A stretch of DNA of 64,000 bases, from positions 61,380,001-61,444,000 of the forward strand of contig NC_059430.1 in assembly GCF_021028975.2 (NCBI RefSeq), read 5' to 3'. Each line of letters starts with the position of its first letter. The stretch's first letter is position 1. The position numbers and the translations under genes are program-made. Of the stretch, positions 48,701 through 62,160 are shown one piece after another. This stretch comes from Sphaerodactylus townsendi. Its lineage: Eukaryota. Below the pieces are notes generated by a model, which was not told where the DNA came from, did not search any database, and saw only the letters and a list, made by a program, of their open reading frames with translations.

Positions 48701-49338
48701 TGGGCCTTGGCCCAATCAGCGAGCTTTTTGTTTCTCCAGGCTGTTAATTTGCCATTTACACTTAGAAGGCTTTGGGTGGGTTTTCTTTTTCACTGAAATT
48801 TGCATAATCGCTATTAAGGATGGCGCTTGGTTTCATACATGTGTGTATAGAACCACTCAGAAACTATGGCCTGGTCCCCCTTTCGCTCCAACAGTTTTTA
48901 AAAAATAATTTAATTTTGTACCTACATAATTTAAGAAATTATTTAGGTGTTCTGTGAATATACTTTAAACGTTTACTCCGGATTTTTTTGGTTCTGCCTT
49001 TCCTCCAAGTAGGTCAGGGTGCTTTTAAACCTCAATATCTCCTTTATTTTATCCTCGTAGTGTGTAAGATAGGACTGAATGTGGCAGGCCCAAGTTTTGT
49101 ATTTTATAGGTGGGATCTGAATCTGGGTTTCCCAGATCCTAGTCTAGTACTCTAATCTCTGCACCATGTTCCGTCAGTGATCCTTCCTCACAACTACTCT
49201 GCAAATTAGAGTGATTAGACCTTCCTATTGCAAATTTGGAGGGAAGAACAATGAGGCTGAATGGTAACGGATTCACTGTTGCTTAGTGAGTGTGGCTAGT
49301 GTGGAAATTAAAGCAGGAACTTTTATATGTTACTGTTA

Positions 49339-49571
49339 CCCTGTTTCCCCTAATATAAGACATCCCCGAAAAATAAGACATAGTAGAGGTTTTGCTGAAA
49401 TGCGAAATATAAGGCATCCCCCGAAAGTAAGACATAGCAAAGTTTTTGTTTGGAAGCATGCCCGACGAACAGAACACAGGAAAAATTAGACATCCCCTGA
49501 AAATAAGACATAGTGCATCTTTGGGAGCAAAAATTAATATAAGACATTGTCTTATATTCAGGGAAACACGG
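49339..49571. mobile_element. Tc1/mariner (pogo-like) MITE in RPL18A intron 1
   Basis: TIRs CCCTGTTTCCCC / GGGAAACACGG, TA flanks, internal AATAAGACAT repeats. Confidence 0.85.
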
Positions 49572-49824
49572 TATTGACAGGCATTTTATCACCCTCTTAC
49601 AGTTTAATGTGCTATTAACCACCCACCATGCCAATTGTTTTCCTCATTGCCTTTTAAATAAGGGAGGGATGGGAGGAAAGATCAGTGGCATTTCTTATGT
49701 GGCCAAAGTTTCTCATGAGAATGGTAATAACTTAGATGCTGTAGCAAACATTCATGTAGTTCACGCGTACTTCACAGTTACTTTACTTGTTTCAGTTGTG
49801 CCCTAATAGTTTGAGGTATTGTAG

Positions 49825-50043
<219 letters not shown>

Positions 50044-51286
50044 TGATGAATGTATAAAAAACTGAAAACCATTTCATTTTCTGCTGTGGTAAATAATTGC
50101 ATATTCATGCCAATGTTTTACGTTACATGGGGCACAAAATGCATGGAAGATGATCGAGTTGTGCTTTCCTCTGTTCATGCAGCCCCTTCTGACTTCTAGA
50201 AAGATTATGTAGAACCTGTGTAGAGAAATATCTGCATGGAAGAGGGATACACTGAAAATTACCTTCCTTTCTCTCTCTTATGCGGAACTGCACTTGCAGG
50301 AGAAACAAGAGTGATTTAATCTCCTTTGTTGTCTTCATATCAGATCCATTTGACCATTACTTTTCACTCCTGCAGTGCCTTCTAAATTTTGTCAAGGAAT
50401 ACTGACAGATCATTTTTCCATTCACACTTAGTTGGATTCAGGGAACCTGTTTCCCAGTTCCCAAAATGCTGGTTCTCTCAAGGTGTTTAATGTTGAAAAC
50501 TAATATATTCATTCTTTTCTCTTTACTATTTGATTGAATTGTGTGTATATCACATGGCTGTAGCTGAATGGGACAATTTTTTTTGCAATTTTGCATGGTT
50601 TTCACCAAAGAAAAGCAGCAGAAAAGACCCTGTAATTATGACTCTAAACATACAGACTTTTAATATAATGAAGATATTTTTTCTCTAAATATTTATGTTC
50701 CAAATAGAAATAAGTTAAAAATTAATACAGTCTTAAAATTAAGAAAATGCAAATTAATACAATACAAATACAGAAAGAAGTTAAAAATTAATACAGTCTA
50801 TAATCAACCAAGCTCCCTGATTCAAGATTTTACCATAGTAGAGATGTTTGTTAAAAACAGTGAAACATGTTTGAAGAGAATAGATTGTCCAATGATTTCT
50901 GATTGCTACCTGGAGCTTTTCCGTATTTTGAATATACATGCTTTGAAAAGCAGGCATCTTGGCATAGTAACTGTTTTATCTTATTGGGAAAGGTAATTGA
51001 CACTGTGATTTAAAAACAGTATGAAGTATTCTAAAATGGTGTATCCTGAAACTGGGAGGTGAGGGTGGAGAAAAGTAAGGAAATAATAGACAATTTTACA
51101 CTAAATGGAACTGTGAAGCTCTACATATAGTACATTCAGAATATTTTTCTTTTGTTTCATAGTAATCAAAAATAGATACAGCATACAGTTATACATTTTC
51201 ATTCATTCTGATTAATTTGTTACCAATTACACATGAAACTCTGATGGCTTCTAACCTTGCATTGTTGTCATATTGACTAATTGTAG

Positions 51287-51421
<135 letters not shown>

Positions 51422-51469
51422 TAGACAACATTTGGCATTCCAAGTCTCCTTTTGATGTTGTAATGATGT

Positions 51470-52115
51470 TGAGGGAGCGGCGGGACACTGGCGTAAAAGA
51501 CACTGGCCTAAAAGTCTAGCACTTGGGCTGTTCGCACACTTGTGTGCGGGTGGCCCTTTCCCCTCACTCACTCACTCACTCACTCCCCTCCCCCACCCCT
51601 TCCCTTGCATTCCACCCCTCCCCCTCCCTCCGCTAGAGTGGGTGGACCATGTCAAGATGCCGGGTCCCCTTCCCCTCCCTTGCATGCCACTCCTCCCTCA
51701 CTTCTCTTCCCTTGCATGGCACCCCTCCCTCTCCCTTCCTCCCTCTGTGGCAGCTCCTCTTCACGAGGCGCATAACTTAAAAAAAACCCTCTGTATCCCT
51801 GTGTAGCTCCCTCAGGACGAGGGGACAAGCCCCCGTGGTCCAGGTGATGGCCTGGAAGGCAGGGTGTGAGTCCCCTTGTCCCGATGGAGCTACGCAGGGA
51901 CATGGAGGTAAGGTTTTTTTAAAAAGCGGCACATCAGAAAACAGCGGCATCCACCTGGTGCCGCTCACTCGGCATTGGGTGGATGTCGCTGTTTTTCATT
52001 TGCCTCACTCATTGAGGCAAAAGAAAACACTGTTTGGGGGGAAGTCCCCCCCCCCCCAAAAAACAGTGTTTTTACTGGGCTGACACCGGTGAAGTCAGTC
52101 CATGCAGAATCCGCC
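51470..52115. mobile_element. Harbinger-like MITE in RPL18A intron 3 (left end degenerate); related piece at ~44300-44413
   Basis: Right end CCATGCAGAATCCGCC is shared with the 44413 copy; GC-rich interior. Confidence 0.5.
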
Positions 52116-52467
52116 ATAGATTCTACAACATGAACGTACATCTTCATTTCTTCATAAATTTACATTCAACTCAGTATTACTTTCATTAATGAAATGATTT
52201 CATAGTCACCAAAACCTTCAAGAGTATAGCTGAATTGTATATTAAAATTGTTTTTTTGTAGTCTCTCTTTTTTATGGTTATGTGTGTGAGGAACTAAATG
52301 CACTTCTATATCCAATTTAATATCACATGAAATCTGCCTATTTGGTAGTGATGGGTGGAAACATGAAGTTCTAAACTGTGGTTGTTGAAATGTTTTTGAA
52401 ATATGTGAAGTGTGGTTTGAATTGTGTATATGCAGTTCTAGAGTTTTTTCAAATTTTTCTTAAAACC

Positions 52468-52598
52468 ACTGCATACAAACCCAAAGAGCATTGTTTTTTT
52501 AATGAAATGTTCTTGTCATGTGTGCAAATATAAAATGTACTTTGTCGCCTTTCAAAAGCTGATGTGTTTTTGAAAGTGAAATTGAAGGTGCCACAAGC
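52468..52598 (+). ncRNA. SNORA68: H/ACA snoRNA SNORA68 (U68) in RPL18A intron 3
   Basis: Two hairpins, H box ATATAA, ACA three nt before the end; conserved blocks aaacccaa and ttgtcgccttt...aaagtgaa.ttg.aggt.ccaca match U68 as recalled; RPL18A is the known host. Confidence 0.85.
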
Positions 52599-52693
52599 AA
52601 ATAGCAATGGTTAGTGCATTCATGGATTTCAGCGATACCAAACCATGGATCTCTTTCTTGTCCCTTTTGCTCAAATAGTGTGTAATTCTATGA

Positions 52694-52870
<177 letters not shown>

Positions 52871-53482
52871 TAGTCTTAATCCCTGTAATTTCTGTAAAAG
52901 AGTTTGCATAGATCAGGAACTGCATTCACTTTGTGACAGGTGCATTAATATCTAACAGGAATTGTTCCAAAATATTAATGACTTGAATGGAAAAATCTCA
53001 TGAACCTGAAATATATTAAATGATGCAAAATACTTTACATTTCTTTTCAGTAATAGTGTTCCTTGGTACAGTTGACATGTTCCGCTTGAATGTCAGGAGT
53101 ACTCAGCCTTTTTGAGCCTATGGGCACGTTTGGAATTCTCGCCCAGCATAGTAGACACAGTAATAAAATGGCTGCAGGAGGATAAGCTAGCTACAAAATG
53201 ATTGCCATAGATTTTCAATAACACAGTGTAGATCCTTGTGCCATGGTGGAAACTGCTGCCAAAGCAACATTTTTAAAAGATCTGCCCAGCCAGTCAGAAT
53301 CCTTGCTGAGCAAAAGCCCTACCTGGCCACTTCCACTTCCTAAAAATACTTGATAAGCACCCCGGATGTATGTACTGCAAAGATGAATCTTTCTTGTTCT
53401 GTGTATCAAATTGATGTTAGTGTTTACTTTTTAAATGATATGCATAATAGTTGAACACGTAATCTTGCTAGTTTGCTGATAA

Positions 53483-53611
<129 letters not shown>

Positions 53612-53642
53612 ACACAGACTTAGTTCTTGTGCTATAAATTTC

Positions 53643-53648
53643 AATAAA
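53643..53648 (+). terminator. RPL18A poly(A) signal
   Basis: AATAAA 32 nt after the stop, followed by a GT/T-rich tract. Confidence 0.85.
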
Positions 53649-53760
53649 GTTCTTTTTGAACAGTTATTGTTTCGTTACTATTTTAGATTAAAACTACTCC
53701 AACCTAGGCAGCATACATTCCAGACATCAGGGATAAACCATTGAGGGGCAGATCAAACAG

Positions 53761-53956
53761 CATGTCCCTAGCCACAGATCTCAACACAACAGTCACATAT
53801 CCAATGCTTCATGGTGCTGCTGTGGCTAAAAAATGTGGTCAAAAAGCATGGATCCTCATGATTTCTGCATTAGGTCACCCCCAAAACCACCAGATCACAG
53901 GTCATGTCCCTAGCCACAGATCTCAACACAACAGTCATATATCCAATGCTTCATGG
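53761..53956. repeat. ~54-bp direct repeat (53761-53814 and 53903-53956)
   Basis: catgtccctagccacagatctcaacacaacagtca.atatccaatgcttcatgg occurs twice. Confidence 0.85.
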
Positions 53957-54938
53957 CGCCACTACTTTTCAGCACTGCCACAGTGCAAAAACAAGTTTCT
54001 GAGCCACGTATCCTCAAGGTTTTAGCAATATGTTGCCCCAAAGTTTTGAATAGCCAGTGTGGTGTAGTGCTTTGGAATGCTGGTTTAGGATCTGGGAGAC
54101 CTCTATTCGAATCCCCACTCTGCCATGGCCAGTCACACACACTCTACTAATCTACTTTTCAGGGTTGTCGTGAACATAAAGTAGAGGACAGGAGAATTAT
54201 GTTTGCCCCTTTGCTTATGTTGGGGAGAAAGATGGTATGCAAATGAAATGTGTTGTGAATACTTGCAAAATTTGACCCAGAAGAACAATTCTTTCACTTG
54301 TCCTCACATTCACAAGCAGAATGTGGGGTGTGGCTGGAGGGATGTACTAAAACTAAGGGCAGCCATTGCCCATAGGGGATCATGGGAACTATGCTCACCC
54401 TTAGGGAGCCGTGGTGGCCATGGAGGAAAGAGGTCCTTGGATGGGAGGTCCAGCTGATGTGGTGCCACCACCTGACGATCAGCTCAGCAGACGCTAGTGT
54501 TTGGAGCAGCTTGATAACACCAGGGTCAAACAATGAGCTGGGGGCGCCACCTGTAATGACGGGACGGGACAGGGCAGCAGGCTTGGAGCTGTGCCACCCA
54601 CCCCCCTTGATGGGAACCCACCTGGCAGAGAAGTCAGCAGACTACCAACCTCTCTGTCCCATACGCGATGGGGTGACAGCCGGAGAAGGGTGGGGTCAGC
54701 CATTTCCTAAGCACGCAGGACAAGGGGAGTTCATGGGGTCCATGTCAGCCAGTCCCCAGGTCTGAAGACGTATCTGCAGTGAGTGAAAATCTACGCAGTG
54801 AGAGATTATTCAGTGTAAGCAGCGCCTCCGCATCCCATGGTGTTTAAGTGTGACATGTTAGTGGGGGGGGGGGGGGAGTCTAGGGCCGCCTCCTCCTTTT
54901 TCTGGCATAAATACAATTCTCTCCCTTTTACTTAAAGC

Positions 54939-57679
54939 CACTGGCGGACTTGCCTAGGGACAAGGGGTACCCCTTGTCCCCGGGCGCATCCATTGCAGTC
55001 ACGTGGGGGGCGCCAAAACATCCCCTCACGCAGACTGATTTTGGAAGCCCAAGCAAGCCTGGCATTCAGGAAGCGGCTGCTGAAAAAATTAAGGAAGCCT
55101 GACATAGCCCCGCCCACTCGCTACGGTGGCCCTGAGTGTCCAGAGGGCGGGGGGAGAAATACCATTGTGCCTCCAGGAGGAGGACTGGAGAGCTCCGCCT
55201 CCCCTCCCTCTCGCCCAGAGTGCAGTGCCTTATTCTCCAGTAAGTCCTTGATGTTGCTCTCAAGCCTTCTCCCCAGCAGACGGGCGCCAGCCAGCACAGG
55301 AGAAGTCCATAGGCTGGCTAGGAAGGCAATCCCTGCCCCACAAGGTGTTTGTTGTGGGGAGAGGAAGGGAGGGCGCGTTTGTGAACTGTGTGGAGACTCC
55401 TTAAAGGTAATGTGCAAATCCAAACTGCACTTCTATCCATAAAATCTTGTTTGCAATTGTGAATGGCCTTGATTGGGTGTGTGTGGGGGCGGGGGAGCCC
55501 TGGCTTCTTAACTTTTGCTGTGGGGCTGAGATGTAATCTGCAGAGCTGAGTTTGATTCCCCACTTTCTCTGCCCCACAAGGTGTTTGCTGTGGGGAGAGG
55601 AAAGGGAGGGGGGTGTTTGTTAGCTGTTTGGAGACTCCTTATAGGCAATGTATGAATCCAAACTGTTCTTCTATTCCTAAAATTTTGCTTGCAATTGTGA
55701 ATAGCCTTAATATTAGGGGGGGGGGGGATGGAGCGCCTGGCTTCTTAACTTTTGCTGTGGGGCTGGACTGGAATCTGCAGAGTGAGTTTGATGCCCCACT
55801 TTCTCTGCCCCACAAGGTGCTTGCTGTGGGGAGAGGAAAGGGGGGGTGTTTGTTAACTGTTTGGAGACTCCTTATAGGCAATGTATGAATCCAAATTGTT
55901 CTTCTATTCCTAAAATCTTGTTTGCAATTGTGAATAGCCTTAATATGGGGGGGGGGGGTGGAGTGCCTGGCTTCTTAACTTTTGCTGTGGGGCTGGGCTG
56001 TAATCTGCAGAGTGAGTTTGATTCCCCACTCTGTCTGCCCCACCTGCTACCCTACAAGGGCAGGAAAGAGGGAGAGGAAGAAAGTGGGGAGAGGAAAGGA
56101 AGGCATTTGTTAGCTTGCAAACTCCTTTCCCTTCCTTTCTCCACAACAGACACCTTGTAAAGTAGGTGTGGCTGAGAGAGTTCAAAGAGAACTAGTTCAA
56201 GGTCACCAATCAGGCTTCATGTGTAGGAGGGGGAAACAAATCCAGTTCATCAGATAAAGGTCCACCACTCATGTGGAGGAGTAAGGAATCAAACCCAGTT
56301 TTCCATATTAGATGCCACCAGGCTGAAAAGGGCACATTCATTCATCTTTGCCGTACACTTAGCACTAAATTACCTATAACATCAATTATGAGGGTCTCTT
56401 ATGATTCTTTTGAATGTTTGTTTTAGACAGATTGTTGCCACGGGTGTTGGGAGCAGGTCCTCTCCAGAGCAATGGCTGGTTGCTTAATTTGGAGGGGACA
56501 GGTTGGTCAATAAAGCAAAATAGAAGCTCTGATAGAAAGTCAATTTGTAGTGCAAAAAAATATTTAGGGGAATTGGTCAAACATCCATTTGTTTCCCCCT
56601 TCCTCAGCTGCTTTGGCTTTTGACAAAAGCATGAGGTTCCGATCTTCTGCATCATGTGGTGGTGGAGCCCACTCTTTCTGGCCTTCAAGAGGGGACCTAT
56701 CTCCATCTAGTCCAGCAATTAGTTTCCAGTATTAGCCAGCCAAATACATCAGACCAACTCCTGAGCAGACCTTGTGAGTTACAGCAGTCCCTATTCTCAG
56801 CATACTGTCAAGTGAAAAAACTCAGAGGCACACTGGCAGAAAATGATGCCCAGGGCAAGACAAGAGTTTTCCACCCCTGCCCCATGCCCAGCCAGCACTG
56901 GGGGGCAAGACCTGGTTTTTCCACCCCACATCAAGCCCGACTTATGGCCTCCCTGTCAGCTGCGGGGCCCATGCATGCGCCTCCGAAGCCATGGCTCCCC
57001 ACCCAGACTGGGGGCTTTGGGGCAGGGCGCCCAGTCCCCATGCTTAACTCAGAAGGCCCTGCATCTTTGCCAGGCCGTCTCTACCTGCGCATGTCGTGGG
57101 TAGTTTGCAGGAATGATAAACACTGTTTCTAAAAAATACCCACCCACCCCTTCTACTACAGGTTTGTCTGGTAACAAGAACACTGGAACCTTGACACTTG
57201 TTTTAAAATGAGTAGAGTATAGGTAGAGGCACTACTGCAAGGTGGCAGATTTACCCCACATCAGATCCACAAAGATAAATGGGGAAAGCCTGCTATCCAA
57301 GGTACTTCAGCCAACTCACAGTTGTCTCTCTGATTTTCTTTCTTTGTTCAAACTGCCTTTGGGGGGAAAGTTCCAACTTCTGATGGGGGCGGTGATTTGT
57401 GAGAGATTTACATGCTTAAAAGTTAATTCCCACTTGCACTGGCTTGGAGCTGTTTCTGAGGCTAACAACCTACCTCATAGGGTTGGTGTGAGGACAAAAT
57501 TAGGAAAGAGAGTTGGTGGGGAGAGCCATGTATGTTTTGCTGGTGGTGGGAGGTGTTTTGTGAGCTGGTACAAAAAATCATTGTTTGGTCGTTGTGGGGG
57601 AGGGTGGTCGTCCATTGGGGGGGGGGGCACCAAACTCAGATTTTGTCCCCGGGCTCCAGTTTGCCTAGATTCGCCCCTG
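54939..57679. mobile_element. 2.74-kb non-autonomous hAT element with heterogeneous cargo
   Basis: Ends CACTGGCGGAC / ATTCGCCCCTG with shared sub-terminal ttgtccccgggc; perfect 8-bp TSD CTTAAAGC (54931-54938, 57680-57687). Confidence 0.8.
55335..56040 (+). repeat. Three tandem ~236-bp units derived from a SINE fragment
   Basis: Units start at 55335, 55571, 55807 (gccccacaaggtg.ttg.tgtggggagagga). Confidence 0.9.
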
Positions 57680-57687
57680 CTTAAAGC

Positions 57688-58198
<511 letters not shown>

Positions 58199-59768
58199 TG
58201 ACGGTGGGCTGCTTCAGGTTTTCTTCCCCACCCGTATGTCTCTCTCGCTCTTTTTGCTGGCCGGGGTTTGCTTTCTCTCTGGAGCTCACCACCCGCGCGC
58301 CCATTTGTGTGACAGAGGGTGAAAGAGAGACAGTTTTCTTCTGTTTACAGTAAGACTCATGCAGTTTGCCTGCTCAGACAGTGCTGAAAACATTTCTCTT
58401 GATCCTTTGCCTTGGGTCCAGGATTTTTCAGCCGTACATGGAGGCTGAGACTCCTTTCTATAACCTGTTTTCTACCCTTTCTTCTTAGTCTTATATCCAT
58501 GTGAAGAGTAGTGTCTTAAGGCAGGTGCCTTTGCATCCCAATTTAGACACACCTCAGGCTGGGGTATTGGAGGCCATGGGTTGCATCCAGCTTTAAAATT
58601 TCATCACATCTTTCGTTCTCTCTGGCTGCATTCACAGTCCTTGGATATTGTGCTGCTGTTGCAGTCTTTCATTTCCTGGGTTCTCTTATCCACATAGGAA
58701 GCCTCAGTTGCAGATGATTGCTGTGGCACAACTTCCAGTTATATGTGGATGCAGCTTTAATTGACCACAGAGGATAGGTTAAAGATATGTCTATGACCAG
58801 GTGCATACATTGCAGAGAAATCACTCCTGACTTGTTAAAGTGGCTTGAAATTTCTAAAAGAGAAGAACAGTACCAGTCAAAGGCTTATGATTGAGGGGAT
58901 AGAAGTGACAATAGAAAAGATCTTTGCAGACTTACAAAGTCTCCAGGGAGGCAGTGTCATTCTGTCTGATGTGTATATATACCACTAATTTTTTGCCATT
59001 TTTGAGATTTTCACTCTTTTTCTTTTTTGCTGTGCTCCCTCCCTTTCTAATGGTGGGATTTTGAATCAACATGGAATAGTTGGCCAGACCAGGTGTCATT
59101 CTGTAGTGAGTACCATTAGAATTAATGCTGGCCCGTATTAGGCTTCACTGTGAAGTTGACCTACCTTCATACTTTCTATTCTAAGCAACTGATTACTTGA
59201 CACTGTTGCCTTCTCTTAATAGTTCTTGACAGTCCCTTCAGGTGTGGTGAAGCAGATATGAAAATACATGCTCGTCCTTTTCTAAATTTTAAATAATGCA
59301 AGATGTGCTTGTTTGCATGCATTAATAGACAAATGAGCAGTTCTTCAAACTTGCATGACAGTTCTCACTGGATTAGCAGTCAGGCAAGTTTTTGGAGTGG
59401 GGAACTCTGGTATATAACTCTACAGTTCACATTTCTGTGTTTTAAGAATTCAAAGTGCTTTGTTCACAAAACAAGCTAAACAATCTAGAATTATTAATAT
59501 CAGTATAGGTGATATACATTTCATAATGGCATTATCCAAGGAAGAGGTTGCTTATGAGTTTTAGATGATCTTACTTGCAAAAACAAAAGAAAAATAATAT
59601 TGTGACCTTTGTGAATGCAAGAGATGGGCAGTAGGATGAGATGGAAGTAAGCTCTTGTTGAAAAATTATTTGGGAAGGGGGAGTCGAATCACCCAAAGAT
59701 CTATTGTGTATCTATCAACATAGTTTTGTTCTATGAGTTTGAGTAGTAAGTACTTTTATTTTGAACAG

Positions 59769-60057
59769 GTGGTCAGTCATTCTTCAGCCGAAAGGACTCC
59801 ATACGCACAATCTACACATCTCTGCATAACGAACTGAAGAAGGTGGTAGCAACAGGTCGGAATGCATTGGGAGGAACAGCCCCTCACCTAGAAGAGTTGC
59901 TCTCTCACCTCTGTGAGCAGCTCTGTTTTTTTGTTCAGGCTCGAATGGAAATTGCTGACTTTTATGAAAAAATGTATAGCCTTAGCACCCAGAAGTTTAT
60001 CATCTCTGAAGAACTAGTAAACATCTTGGAAACCATATTAAAGAAATACAGTTCAAG
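59769..60057 (+). CDS. KICS2: KICS2 exon 2 ([24 protein letters not shown]...KKYSS)
   Basis: AG/GT boundaries, 289 bp, phase-compatible. Confidence 0.95.
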
Positions 60058-60807
60058 GTCAGTCTATGGGCTGTATGTATCATGGTTCTTTTTAGTCTAA
60101 GCAGGAAGATTGAAAACCTGTATATGGAGGATTCTTTCAGAGCTGTGGTTATTTTAGAATCCACAATGTATGTAGATTGAGAACCGGTGTGGTATAGTGG
60201 TTACAGTGTTGATCTAGGATCTGGGAGATTCAGGTTCATATCTACACCATGCTATGGAAGCTTGCTGCATCTCAAATCTATATAATGGGAGATCCAGTAT
60301 GATTTGTTGCACCAAGAGTCTGTTTTTATTGACATGGTAGTTTTCTACAATTGTAATTATCTTTAACTGTAGCATACAGGAGTTTATTTTTGTGCTGTCA
60401 AGTCACAGCTGACTTATGGCAACCAGTTAGGGTTTTCAAGGCAAAAGATATTTAGAAGTAGTTTGCCTACCTCTGATTGACCCTGGACTTTCTCAGTGGT
60501 CTTCCTTCCAAGTACAAACTTTGCTTAACTTCCAAGGTCTATTGAGCTCAAGTTTATTTGGTATAGGATATGTCTTTGTTTTCATTTGCAAAACTATGCT
60601 GCATTTGTATTTCATGTGTAAAATTACTGATCAGTGGTTGCTTCGTGTTTTTGAGATTGTTTCATTAAGTTTGTAGCTTACTTTTCTTTAGTGGTGACTT
60701 CGATATGAAATGGAGAAGAGGACTGGGACAGAAAGGGCTGAGTGAGCTCTGGTTTTCTTTTTGGAGGGCTTTTCTCAAAGCCACATCTTTTAAACAGTGT
60801 ATTTTTA

Positions 60808-61112
60808 ACAGGGGTGTTTGGAATACGTTGCCACAGGAGGTGGTGATGGCCACTAACCTGGATATCTTTAAAAAGGGCTTGGACAGATTTATGGAGAAGT
60901 TAATCTATTGCTACCAATCTTGATCCTCCTTGATCTGAGATTGCAAATGCCTTAGCAGACCAGGTGCTCGGGAGCAGCAGTAGCAGCAGGCCATTGCTTT
61001 CATATCCTGCATGTGAGCTCCCAAAGGCACCTGCTGGGCCACTGCGAGTAGCAGAGTGCTGGACTAGATGGATTCTGGTCTGATCCAGCAGGTTCTTTCT
61101 TATGTTCTTATG
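60808..61112 (+). mobile_element. CR1 LINE 3' end in KICS2 intron 2
   Basis: WNTLPQEVVMA..L..FKKGLDRFM ORF2 terminus and (TTCTTATG)n tail. Confidence 0.88.
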
Positions 61113-61323
61113 AAGTTATGTAAACAGCAGACTATCTTGCTGCTTTGTGAAATGTTTAGGAGTTTTGTGGAAATGGAGACATTCTGTGAATTTCATAATT
61201 TTCGATTTGTTTGGTTAGACAATAAATTACAAGTAATGATTAAAAATAATGATTTTAGAAACTACAGCATTTTGTATATGTATACTAAGCCTACATTTAG
61301 GCAACATCTGTCACATGTATTGA

Positions 61324-62160
<837 letters not shown>

